A stretch of DNA of 64,000 nt, taken from assembly GCA_030390025.1 (NCBI GenBank), contig CM059452.1, positions 8,432,001 to 8,496,000 on the forward strand, in the 5' to 3' direction. The notes beneath the pieces are model-generated. The model saw nothing but the letters and a program-made list of their open reading frames with translations, had not been told where the DNA came from and did no database searches. Source of the stretch: Squalus acanthias. Taxonomy: Eukaryota. The translations under genes were made by a program, and so were the position numbers. Positions 45,991-58,277 of the stretch are shown one piece after another (position 1 is the stretch's first letter; each line of letters begins with the position of its first letter).

Positions 45991-48813
45991 ATGCACGTCC
46001 CGCCCGAAGGCCCGGTCTATGCCATTTACTACACTGCCCTTGCAGCTATCGCTGTTCCAGGTAAAGTACTGCAGCAAGCTAGTCATTAATTAATGGATTG
46101 TTAGCTGTTATCTCCTAGTGCTGGAATACCAACGCCCTGGTCAGACCGCATCTGAAGTACTGTGTTCAGTTCTGGGCACCGCAACTCAGGAAGAATTCAT
46201 TGGCCTTGGAGGAGGTGCAGGGCAGATTCGCTACAATGATACCGGGGCTTAGAGGGTTAAATTATGAGGACAGGTTGCATAAACGTGGTTTGAATTCCCT
46301 GAGAATAGAAGATCAAGAGGTGTTTACGATGATAGGGTAGATAGAGAGAAACTTTTCCTCTGGCGACAGAATCCAGAACAAAGGGGCATAACCTTAAAAT
46401 TAGAGCTCGGCCGTTCAGGGGTGAAGTGAGGAAACACTTCTTCACACAAAGGGTAGTGTAAAACTGGATCTCTATCTCCAAAAATTCTGTTGAGACTAGG
46501 GCAATTGAAAATGTCAAAACTCAGATTGAGAGATTTTTTTTAGGCATGGGCATTAAGCGATACGGAACCGAGGCGGGTAAATGGAGTTAAGATTCACATC
46601 AGCCATGATTTAGTTGAAAGGCGGAGCACGCTAGATGGGCTGAATGGCCTCCTCTTGCTCCTAGTTTCCTAATCTGTTTAGCGGCTGTGAAACAGGCAGT
46701 GAACTCCAACATGTGTAATATTGTGAAAAATGCAGTAACTTTGCCCACATGTTCAAAGTCCATCCCACCATTAAACTGAAGAACCCGCAGATCATGTGAG
46801 TGGAAGATAAGGTTGGGGAACTTGGTATCCTGGCCATCTCAAAATTGAACAGGCCACGAGAATACAAAGGGCCAACAATTAATGGACATGACTGTATGAC
46901 GTGAATGGAATTGCTATTTGTCTTGAGTTAACATTTATTTTTACCAGATTTAATACCGATTCAGAAATATGTCGTTCCTGGCTGAATTTCTCAAATGCTT
47001 TTATCACTAACTGCTTTGATTAAATAATTAATAAATTAAGATTTGGTGAGTTCATTCAATAAGTAATGAAATTGTGATTTGGTGTTAAGGAATTAACTTA
47101 TTGCAGTAAGTTATAGCTCATTGTTATTGATAATTCACAACAATGAAGTACGTGACTGGATTCAAGAATAGCCCATTTCCCAGGAACTTCCATCCCGGGC
47201 TCCCTGCTCGGTTTCTCTCTCCCTGCTCTCCCCATCCGTTCGGTTTATCTCTCCCTGCTCTCCCCATCCGTTCGGTTTATCTCTCCCTGCTCTCCCCATC
47301 CGTTCGGTTTATCTCTCCCTGCTCTCCCCATCCGTTCGGTTTTTCTCTCTCCCCGCTCCCCCCATCCGTTCGGTTTATCTCTCCCCGCTCCCCCCATCCG
47401 TTCGGTTTATCTCTCTCCCCGCTCTCCCCATCCCTTCGGTTTATCTCTCTCCCCGCTCTCCCCATCCCTTCGGTTTATCTCTCCCTGCTCTCCCCATCCG
47501 TTCGGTTTATCTCTCCCCGCTCTCCCCATCCGTTCGGTTTATCTTTTCCCGGTTTCCCCATCCGTTCGGTTTATCTCTCTCCCCGCTCCCCCCATCCGTT
47601 CGGTTTATCTCTCCCCGCTCCCCCCATCCGTTCGGTTTATCTCTCTCCCCGCTCTCCCCATCCGTTCGGTTTATCTCTCTCCCCGCTCTCCCCATCCGTT
47701 CGGTTTATCTCTCTCCCTGCTCGACCCATCCGTTCCGTTTATCTCTCCCTGCTCTCCCCATCCGTTCGCTTTATCTCTCTCCCTGCTCCCCCCATCCGTT
47801 CGGTTTATCTCGCCCTGCTCTCCCCATCTCTGACCAATAATTCCGTTAAATATATTCCTTCTGCTGGGAGTGTACTCTGTAACTTCTCTTCTTTCGCTCT
47901 CTTTCTTACAGTTAATTTAGTGGCGATTGTGATCCTATCCCGAGGAAGGTGCGGTCTCTCCAGATGTATCACTCGGTACCTGGTGTCCATGGCGGTGACG
48001 GATCTCCTGGTAATTATCACTGCTGTGATATTAAACCGGATTCCGAGCATTTATTTTCCAGGTAGCTTCCTGTCCATTACTCCCGTATGTAGCCTCAGCA
48101 TTGCGTTAATTTATGCAGCCAGAGACAGTTCTGTCTGGTTAACAGTCACTTTCACCTTTGATCGATTTGTAGCCATTTGTTGCCAGAAGCTGAAGGCAAA
48201 ATATTGCACCGAGAAAACGGCGGCTGTTGTTATAGGAACGGTTTGTGCGCTGGGATGTTTTAAAAGCGTTCCCTGGTATTTTATATACGAACCCATCTAC
48301 ATAATTAACAATGTCCCGTGGTATTGCAGACAGAAGGATATCCGTTATACTTCGCTTGTATGGACAGTATTTGATTGGTCTGATCGTCTTTTAACCCCAT
48401 GTCTCCCGTTCTTCCTAATATTGCTGCTCAATGCTCTGACCGTCAGATACATTCTAGCAGCCAGTAGAGCCCGCAGGAGACTCCGGGCCAACAGCAATGG
48501 AGAGAATCAGAGTGACCCAGAGATGGAAAGCCGGAGAAAATCCATCGTTTTACTCTTCGCCATTTCGGGTAGTTTCATCCTGTTGTGGATGACGTATGTT
48601 GGACAATTCTTTTATGAGCGATTTACAATTGATTATAAAATCAACGGTTTCAGTGACCCCAAATTTATCCTCCTAGAAAGCGCAAATATGCTTCAGCTGT
48701 TGAGTTGCTGCACAAACACGTTTATTTATGCAGTGACTCAGAGCAAATTCAGGGAGCAGTTAAAGAATATGGTGCGATATCCGCTGGGCCCCATAGGTAA
48801 ATTAATTAAATAA
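45991..48813 (+). CDS. GPR139/GPR142-like class A GPCR, two exons (45991-46060, 47912-48813), 323 aa, intact
   Basis: MHVPPEGPVYAIYYTALAAIAVP|VNLVAIVILSRGRCGLSRCITRYLVSMAVTDLL..SVWLTVTFTFDRFVAICC..PFFLILLLNALT..CTNTFIYAVTQSKFR; seven hydrophobic segments; phase-1 gt/ag intron. Confidence 0.9.
46130..46670 (+). mobile_element. CR1 fragment in the GPCR intron
   Basis: LVRPHLKYCVQFWAP; CR1 3' UTR. Confidence 0.75.
47200..47830. repeat. ~33-35-bp pyrimidine-rich minisatellite (tccccatccgttcggtttatctctccctgctc)n
   Basis: Tandem units inside the GPCR intron. Confidence 0.95.
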
Positions 48814-49049
48814 AGAAAAAAATTAAGTTCCAGCAACAATTCTGCCTTTTCAGAATAGCTCGAGCCTGCTTTACATTTGGAAAAAAAAAATTTCCGCCGC
48901 TGGGAATGTATTGATGTAAACAGGAAACATCTCCCTGTTCGGTGGCATACAAATATCACCATCTATATTAGTGTAAAGATAAGATTCCAACAGTGCAATG
49001 AGCAGCATAGAGTTGTGGAATGGGGTGGAGACCTTACATCCCAATTTAC

Positions 49050-49965
49050 TATCAGGTGACCTTTCTGTACCAGTGACCCAATTTACTGATAGGTGACCTT
49101 CCTGTACCAGAGACACAAACATCCCAATTTACCGACAGGTGATCTTCCTGTACCAGAGACACAAACATCCCAATTTACCGACAGGTGGTATTTCTGTACC
49201 AGGGACACAAACATCCCAATTTACTGACCGGTGACTTTCCTGTACCAGAGACACAAATATCCCAATTTACTGACAGGTGACCTGCCTGTACCAGAGGCAC
49301 AAACATCCTAATTTACTGACAGGTGACTTTCCTGTAACAGAGACATAAACATCCCAATTTACTGACAGGTGACCTTCCTGTACCAGAGATACAAACATCC
49401 CAATTTACTGACAGGTGACCTTCCTGTACCAGAGATACAAACATCCCAATTTACTGACAGGTGACCTTCCTCTACCAGAGACACAAACATCCCAATTTAC
49501 TGACTGGTGACCGTCCTGTACCAGAGACAGAAACATCCCAATTTACTGACAGGTGACCGTCCTGTACCAGAGACACAAACATCCCAATTTACTGACAGGT
49601 GACTTCCTGTACCAGAGACACAAACATCCTAATTTACTGACAGGTGACTTCCTGTACCAGAGACACAAACATCCCAATTTACTGACAGGTGACCTGCCTG
49701 TACCAGAGACACAAACATCCTAATTTACTGACAGGTGACCTGCCTGTACCAGAGACACAAACATCCTAATTTGCTGTCAGTTGTCCTAACTGTACCAGAG
49801 ACACAAACATCCCAATTTACTGACAGGTGACCTGCCTGTACCAGAGACACAAACATCCTAATTTGCTGTCAGTTGTTCTAACTGTACCAGAGACACAAAC
49901 ATCCTAATTTGCTGTCAGTTGTCCTTACTGTACCAATGACAAAGACATCACTATTTTCTGACAGG
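49050..49965. repeat. ~46-bp minisatellite (acaggtgaccttcctgtaccagagacacaaacatcccaatttactg)n
   Basis: About 19-20 units. Confidence 0.95.
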
Positions 49966-51099
49966 TGAGCACTAATTTCTCAGTCAAGCGCTTTGCAGAT
50001 GTTGTGCCCTGAATTTCTCTGCTACAGGCGGGAATTTTAATGAGAGCATGAGCTCAACGTCCGTTCAAGGTTATCCCATGACTCACTGTTTGACAATGGA
50101 AATTGTGTCGTTATTTTACTTTGTGTATCATCTGGTAGTTGCTTATTAAATCTGGAATACATCTGTTAATTTTCTATTGCTGTTTTATTTTTGTGCTCCC
50201 TTTCTGGTAATGAGGAGTCCATTGCTCTGGAATCTCTGTGTGACATCATAGTTCATGGTCCCTCTGACTGGGATTAGTTTGGGACTGATACAGTGCTATC
50301 GGGAGGGAGCGGGATGGTTTTTTTTTTGGATTGTTCCAGGCCTTTGGAGAGAGTGTGAGACTGAGGGGTGAGTTTGGGATTGATACAGGATTAAGGGGAG
50401 GGAGAAGGACAATGGGTTTCGTCTGAGATTGAAAAAAGTCTATGGGGAGTGCGCGGAACTTGAGATTAGTTTTGGATTGCCAGGCGGAGAGAGCATGGCG
50501 ATGAAATTCGTTTTGGATTGATCCAGGGATTTGGGGAGTGTGCGGGGTAGTTGGAATAGTTTGGGGATTTATACAGGTCTGTTCATAGAATGTAGAAGTG
50601 TGATTAGTTTGGGACTGATACCAGGCTATGGGGAGAGAGTGGGCAGTAGAATTAGTTTGGAACTGGTACAGTCGCCGAGATTTTCTGGTGGTGGGGTCAG
50701 TGGGCGCGATCGGAGGCGGGTTGGGTGGACCCGACACGCAGCGGCGGGGGAGCCAATTTAAATGATTAGTGGCTTGTTTACAGCCACTGAACAATGGTTT
50801 TAAACTGACCTTTTGAATGTGACAGCTCGCTCACGGGTTTCACGCTGTGCCAAGACCTCTTCTGTGAAGCTGAGGAGGTAGGTCAGTGGCCATTGAATCA
50901 GCTGATGAGTCGACAACTTCAAATGTCAAGTTAAAGCTCCCACCTTACAGAGATATCTTCCCTCAGCCACAAGCTCTTCCTCACTGCATTTTCACAACAG
51001 AATCACCATGCTGCAATCTTCACACAAATCTACATCCAGTTTAATCTCATTACCGATCTCACCATTGACAGATCGCTTCTGTCATCTCTAATTCACCTG

Positions 51100-52300
51100 C
51101 CATCTATTCCATCAGCAAAGGTGCCCTTTATATTCCCTCACCTTGGTCCTCAGGATCCCAGCACGATCAGCCCCAACACCAACAGCACCAGGCACACCAG
51201 CAGCACCAACAACAGCACCAACCTTCTCCGCAATCAACTGATGCTGCACAGGACAGAGGGCAGCAGCAGCCGTCCACATTGCTGCCCAGGAGGCCAGGGG
51301 TAGCCTCACCATGGCCAGAGTTACTTCACTTGACTCTGTATACTCACATGATGCGCCAGGTTGGCACCACCCCACACCAACACCATAAAACATCCCCACA
51401 ATGCCCAAGCCATTCCTTTCACACTCATCACCAGTACGGGGGTTACCGTTATGTCTCAACATTCACTGCAACTCACTAAGCCACTTCTAAAGGGGCACAC
51501 AAATCTGTCCAAGAACGCAGTGCCTACCCTTGTGTGTTGTTAATTGGTATGATTACACTAGGCTGGGGTTGAGTGTGAGGCGCGGCTAGGGAGATGGTGA
51601 TGTAGTAATATAGATAGATAGAGATGGATGGGTAGAGGTGCAAGTTAAGTTGATATGTGTAAGGATGTGCAAGAGCAGGATAGGGAAGGCAGAGTGATGG
51701 GGATGTGATGAGAGGCACAGTAGGATGAGGTTGAGTGTGGCTTTGTACGAACGTTTCGTGATCTACTGAGATAATTGAAACGTTTGCGGCACTGCAGACT
51801 GGTCCTCCTGACCACATCCCTGCTTGTGCCCTCCTCTGCAATGTGCAACCAGCCTGTTTAGGTCTCCTGGGGAGGTCTCTTCTGCCCATGGGAAGGGTAG
51901 ACGACGTCCCTGCGTGCTTTGACTACCTCCAAATGCATATGGAGGGAGTCATGGGAGAGCCTGCGTGCAGCCTTGTGCATCTGTGCAGTCACTGTAAGTG
52001 TTTGCAGCACCTCAATGCTGCAGAAACTGACAGCACAAATGTCAAGGTTAAGTTGGCCATGGTCTCTTCAAGGAAACCGGCTGATGACGCGTCATCAAAT
52101 GACGTCACCAGACCCGCTTCCTCGAATTGGACCGGGAAACGCGTGGCCGGCCTTTACGAGCCACATCAATGGAAAATCATTTTACACAGCCGAATGGAGC
52201 GGAAACCGGGGTCGGGACTCGCCACCGACATCGGCCGCCGAGGTCAGAAAAATCGCGGCCCTTGTTTCCATTTATCCACCCTTGGGATTAAAAGTTCTCC
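51100..52300 (-). mobile_element. PIF/Harbinger-type transposon fragment with a decayed Myb/SANT-like ORF
   Basis: RLSHDSLHMHLEVVKARRDVVYPSHG..WLHIAEEGTSRDVVRRTSLQCRKRFNYL; paralog at about 56550-57520. Confidence 0.65.
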
Positions 52301-52589
52301 TGTGGACGGATTATCTTCCAGTGAAATTCACCAAACGAACTGACCCTTTGAAGACAGCATTTGGGGAGAGTGAACCATGAACTGTGCCCATCTCACCTTG
52401 AACACAGTCAGATCATGGTCTGAAGACCAGAGAGTCAAGTTTCAATAATAATTTTACGTCTCTTAATATTATACTGCCTGATCAATGTGGTGATGTGCAG
52501 GGTATGTGATTCACGCACACACGCCACACAAACTGAGCCCAGCTTCTCTTTCACTGCCTGGGAAAGCGCCGAGCTAAACACAGCACATA

Positions 52590-53600
52590 ATAAGCAATGG
52601 GAGGATGTTTCCCCTGGCTGGGGAGTCTAGAACCAGGTGTCACAGTTTCAGAATAAGTGGTCGGCCATTTAGGACTGAGATGAGGAAAAAAATCTTCAAC
52701 AAAGGGTTGTGAATCTTTGGGATTCTCCACCCCAGAGGGCTGCTTTGATGAATGTTTGAGTACATTCAAGACGGAGATAGATATATTTTTGGACTCTAGG
52801 GGAACCAAGGGATATGGGGATCGGGCGGGTAGGTGGAGTTGAGGTACAAAATCAGCCATGATCTTATTGAATGGTGGAGCAGGCTCAACGGGCCGAATGG
52901 CCCACTCCTGCTCTTATTTCTTATGTTATGTAATATGTGACCTCCTTATTTTACTTACCAAAATGTATTGCCTCACACTTATGCGTTGAAATTCGTTTGC
53001 CAGTTATGTGCCCTTTCTGGAAGTTTATTAATGTCTTCTTGTAATTTGTTGCAACCTCCTCAGTATTGACAATCCCACCCCACCACCCCCCCCCCCCCCG
53101 CCCCAATTTGGTTTCATCCGCAAATTTAGAAATTGTGTTTTTGATTCCAAAGTATAAATCGTTAATATAAATTGTGAACAACCGTGGTCCGAGCACTGAT
53201 CCTTCTGGGACCCCACCTTCCACCTTCTGCCATTCAGAATAGCTAGCCTTTATCCCTACACTCTGCTTTCTGCCTTGAAGCCAGCTAGCTCTCCATTCTG
53301 CTATTGTCTGATAACTCCGCATGCTCTGACCGGGTTCATTAATCAGTTATGTGGCACCTTATCGAAGGCCTTTCGTAAATCTAGATTAATTACATCAACT
53401 ACATTACCCATGTCTACTTTCTCTATTAGCTCTTCAAATATTTAAATCTGGTTCGTCAAGCATGAATTAACCTTTTGAAATCCATGCTCACAATTCATTA
53501 TTATAGTTTCGGTTTCGAAATATTTTTCTAATTTCTCATTTAACAAGGATTCCATTATCTTTCCTACCACCGATGTTAAATTGATTGGTCTATAGTTCCA
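52590..53600. mobile_element. CR1 fragments (+ about 52590-52930, - about 52950-53600)
   Basis: GVPEGSVLGPRLFTIYINDL..SKFADETKLG. Confidence 0.8.
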
Positions 53601-53854
53601 AAAGTGAGGCGATTAGCACAGATGCTATTTAAGGGGTAGCGAGATAAGAACATGAGGGAAGAACGAAAAGGAGGATTTCCTGATAGAGTAAAAGCTGACA
53701 CGACTTGTTGGGCCAAAAGGGGCGAGGCGGGGCGGGACTGGTCCCTCTGTCAGTTTACTGTTCACAGGCGGACGAGCCGCTGAGGCCCACCGCCCCCTGG
53801 AATCCTCGGGGAAACGGGCTCGGACCAAACTGCAGCCGGGAGGTCTGCTTCGGT

Positions 53855-54565
53855 GCTGCAGACTCTGTAACTCTGTGTAAAGTGATGTGTGAGGAGAAGG
53901 GCGGTGCTGCAGACTCTGTAACTGTGTAATGTGATGTGTGGGGAGAAGGGCTCTGCTGCAGACTCTGTAACACTGTGTAATGTGATGTGTGGGGGAGAAG
54001 GGCTGTGCTGCAGACTCTGTAACTCTGTGTAATGTGATGTGTGGGGAAAAGGGCTGTGCTGCAGACTCTGTAACTCTGTGTAATGTGATGTGTGGGGAGA
54101 AGGGCTGTGCTGCAGACTCTGTAACTCTGTGTAATGTGATGTCTGGAGAAGGGCTGTGCTGCAGACTCTGTAACTCTGTGTAATGTGGTGTGGGGAGAAG
54201 GGCTGTGCTGCAGACTCTGTAACTCTGTGTAATGTGATGTGTGGGGAGAAGGGCTGTGCTGCAGACTCTGTAACTCTGTGTAATGTGATGTGTGGGGGAG
54301 AAGGGCTGTGCTGCAGACTCTGTAACTCTGTGTAATGTGATGTGTGGGGGGAAGGGCTTTGCTGCAGACTCTGTAACTCTGTGTAATGTGATGTGTGGGG
54401 GAGAAGGGCTGTGCTGCAGACTCTGTAACTCTGTATAATGTGATTTGGGGAGAAGGGCTGTGCTGCAGACTTTGTAACTCTGTGTAATGTGATGTGTGGG
54501 GGAGAAGGGCTGTGCTGCAGACTCTGTAACTCTGTGTAATGTGATGTTTTGGGAGAAGGGCTGTT
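53855..54565. repeat. ~49-bp minisatellite (ggagaagggctgtgctgcagactctgtaactctgtgtaatgtgatgtgtg)n
   Basis: About 14 units; explains the ORFs at 53625-54644. Confidence 0.95.
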
Positions 54566-55159
54566 TGAAATGCTGATTCCGGGTCAACCACAGATCTGGG
54601 CGTGGTCTGCAGGGCACCTTTGTGATGTCACAAAACTCAGGCACAGATGCACGGGAGTTTCACCCCTTTGCGACATAACATATACTGAAGTTCCTAGCAA
54701 CCAACCTAGCACCCAATTAAATAAATTAACCACTTTAAACAAAAAATTAAATTTTTGAAAAAATTTAAAATCTTTTTAAAAGTTATAAAAATAAACTTAC
54801 CTTTCTTTAAAGTCTCTAAAAAAGATAAACCTGTTGAAAAAAAATTAAAATAACACTTAATTAACTACTTACCTTGTTAAAAGGGGGTCCTACGCCTGCT
54901 TTCTTTATGTGTAAAATCTTCACCACTTACCTGCGCGTTCAAACCTGAAAAAAAAACTTAGTGCACAGTGTGCGCGCAACCTGTAGCGCGCACGCAGTTC
55001 ACTTAAGAACCGCCCCCTTTGCAATACACGAAGTGCCGGTTTCCCGCGCATGCGCAGTGCATGCAGGAAACCGGCAATTCTGGAACTAATACGCGAGAGT
55101 ACACAGTGCGTACTCTCGCGTATCAGGTCTAATTTTCGGGCCTATGTATCTACATTTGC

Positions 55160-56080
55160 TTACGATACAATGCTAGGTGGGTAACTAACTTGTGAGGAGG
55201 ACACAAAGAGCCTGCAAATGGATAGAGACATATTAAGTGAGTGGGCAATAAGGTGGCGGATGGAGCATAATGTGGGGAAATGTGAAATTATCCACTTTGG
55301 TAGGAAGAATAGCAAAGCAGAATATTTTTTAAAAGGTGAGAGACTAATAAATGTTGGTATGCAGAGGGATTTGGGTGTCCTTATACTCGAATCACAGAAC
55401 TTTAGCATACAGTTACAGCAAGCAATTAGGGCGGCAAATGGCATGTTAGCCTTTATTGGAAGGATTTGGAATACAAGAGTAAGTAAGTATTGCTGCAATT
55501 ATACAGGGTTTAGGTGAGACCACACCTGGAGTACTGTGCACAGTTTTGGTCTCCTTACCTAGGAAGAATATACTTGCCTTAGAGGCGGGTGCAATAAAAG
55601 TTCACTGGATTGATTCCTGGGATGAGAGGGTTGTCCTTTGAGAAGAGATTAAGTAGAATGGGCCGATAGTCTCTGGAGTTCAGAAGAACGAGATGCGATC
55701 TCATTGAAATGTATGACATTTTTATAGGGTTTGACACGGTTCAGGCTAAGAGGCGGTTTGCCCTGGCTGGAGCGTCTAGAACCTAGTCTTGGGATAAGGG
55801 GTTGGCCATTAAGGACTCAGATGTGGAAGAATTTCTTCACACAGAGGTTTGAGAATCTTTGGAATTTTTTCTGCCCCGGAGGGCTGTGAATGCTGAGTCT
55901 TTGAGTATATTCAAGACAGAGATAGATTTTTGGACAATAAAGGAATCAAGAGTTGTGAGTATAGGGCTTGAAAGTGGAATTGAGGTAGAAGATCAGCCAT
56001 GATCTTATTGAATGGCGGAGCAGGCTCGAGGGGCCGTATGGCCTACTCCTGCTCCTATTTCTTAGGCTCTTACGTTTTTA
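55160..56080 (+). mobile_element. Decayed CR1 fragment
   Basis: LSEWAIRWRMEHNVGKCEIIHFGRKN. Confidence 0.8.
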
Positions 56081-56167
56081 TGATATATCGGAGTTGTGTC
56101 GATATACTTTGGATGGCAGAATCCACTGTATGTTCTTTGGGAGTTACCTAACCAACACTAAGCTTTG

Positions 56168-56186
56168 CAGCGGTAGGTGGCGCTTT
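56168..56186 (+). promoter_or_regulatory. CTCF-like motif
   Basis: cagcggtaggtggcgcttt. Confidence 0.45.
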
Positions 56187-56549
56187 ATTCAATCCCCAGA
56201 TCCTTCATTCCCAAAGTAAACCACTTCCTTTCTTTGTTGACTGATTCAACAAATCGTCCTCCAAGAGGAATGTTTTCCGACTGTGATTTCCTTCTGGATA
56301 CCGATAGTTTACCCAATTTCTAGTCACCGTGGAAATTCCAGGTGCTGGTGACAGACTGATGATCCTTCTACTCACTAAAATTGGTCTCTATTATTCTCTG
56401 ACTGAAGTCACCTGAAAGGGAAACAAGTCCAGCGAGTCTATTTAAAGAGACTTCAATATCCAATAATACTGTTAGACGAATAGCAAGAGAGCGCTACAAT
56501 CCGAATACATTAAAGCAAGCGCTGCAATCGAGTACATTATATCAAGCAC

Positions 56550-57520
56550 AACAATCCGAGTACAGCCGCGGCAGCACCACAACCAGCCACAAGAGCAGCA
56601 CCAGCACCAGGAGCGCCAACCTCATCCTCACCCACCTGAAGCAGCACTGGACACAGGGCATCAGCCCCTGACAAAATTGCTGTCCGGGTGGCCAGGATGG
56701 CACCACCAATGCTAGATTTTCTTCACTTGATGCTGTAAACCCTGGCTTCCACATGATGCGCCAGGTTGACACCATCCCTCACCAGCACGTGAAGCATCCC
56801 TTTAATGTCCAAGCCATTCCATGCACACTCTTCACTATAGCGGGACGGGGGGAGGGGGAGTAAAACACTTCTCAATGTGCGTACAGATCTGTCCAATAAG
56901 GGACATTTTTGGTAAAGGATATTACACTGTATGACAACACATTACCAGAAACTTCACATGGACATTGGTTAAACCTCTCAAGTGCCTACCCTTGTGTATT
57001 GTTAGTTGGTATGCTTGCAGTAGGATGAGGGTGAGTGTGAGGGTGGCTAGTGAGATGGGGAAGTCATATAGATATAGAGGGTTGGGTGGAGATTCCAGGT
57101 AAGTTGGTATTCTGGGGAGGACTCTTCCGCCCTTAGAAGGGAAGAGAACCTCCCTGCCTGCTGTGACTCCCTCCATAAGTATATGGAGGGAGTCATTGGA
57201 GAGCCTGGGTGCAAGTGTTCACCTTTGTGCAGTGATTGTCAGTGTTTGCAGCACCTCATTGCTATCAAACACTGACAGATCAACTGTCAAAATAAAATTG
57301 TGCATGGTCCCTTTAAGGAAACCGGCAGATGTCACGTCATCAAATGACGTCATCAGACCCGCTTCCTGTTAATTGGCCGGTAAACCCGCAGGGCGGGGCT
57401 CAACAAGGCCAATCAAGGGAAAATCACATCTGCAGAGCGGAGGCAGCTGGGGGCGGGATCGGAACGCGGAAACCATCTGTCCCGCTCCCATCCCACCTCC
57501 ACAATTAAATTCGCGGCCAA
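56550..57520 (-). mobile_element. Second Harbinger/Myb-SANT fragment
   Basis: Similar to 51100-52300 (MEGVTAGREVLFPSKGG; shared cgtcatcaaatgacgtca block). Confidence 0.6.
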
Positions 57521-58010
57521 TGAGTCTACAACAGACCCAGACATGAGGCGAGGAAAACCCCAGTGGTGGAGAGCTTTGGAAACTGTAGGTCCAAAGTCAC
57601 CTCTTCCTCCCAAGCATTCTGCACTTATCACACGTCATGTCTCAAATTACTCACACACTGTCTCCCAAAATCTTATTCTATGAATGACATCGGTCCAATT
57701 TGCATTTGAATGAATCGACACTAATTGTTTCCACCGTATCCCGAGGGAGCCTGTCCCATAGATTGACCACTCACTCACTGAAATATTGTTGCAGCAGCTT
57801 GGATTTGAATTTACTCCCTTCAACCTGCACCCCCAAAACAAGTGAACCTCTTATTTATCTCGTTTGTTGTTGGTGGGATCCAGCTCGGCGCAAAATGCCG
57901 ACCATGTCTGCGTCCGAAGAACAGTAATTACTCTTCAAAATGCAATTCACCAATTTTAAAGCGCTTTGGAGGGCGCTGGAGACCTGAAACGAGCTGAACA
58001 AATGCACATT

Positions 58011-58196
58011 GGGGTAGATTTTCACTCTGTGGGACAGTGTAAAACCGGTAAGAGCGAGTCGGCAGCCCGGTTTACATCTCCCCCGATGTGTAGTTCCACT
58101 GATGTCAATGGAAATATTAATCAGCACAGATGTAAAACGGGCTGCCGATTCCCTATCACCCGGTTTACACTATCGCACAAATTGAAAATCTACCCC
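58011..58196. mobile_element. MITE (Harbinger/Tourist-like)
   Basis: TIRs ggggtagattttca / tgaaaatctacccc, long imperfect palindrome, 3-bp att TSD on both sides. Confidence 0.8.
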
Positions 58197-58238
58197 ATTC
58201 GTTCTTCTTCCTAAACATACGATCCAAAAAGCAGCCCC

Positions 58239-58277
58239 GGTTTTTGTACGGACTCTGTCGCTCCTTATTACACTGTG
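58239..58277 (-). other. Perfect consensus 23-RSS
   Basis: cacagtg + 23 bp + acaaaaacc on the - strand. Confidence 0.95.

Noticed and set aside
47143-48813. 556-aa single-exon GPCR with a long Pro/Ser N-terminus
   Set aside because: The N-terminal part is an intronic minisatellite; the true exon 1 at 45991-46060 splices in phase to 47912
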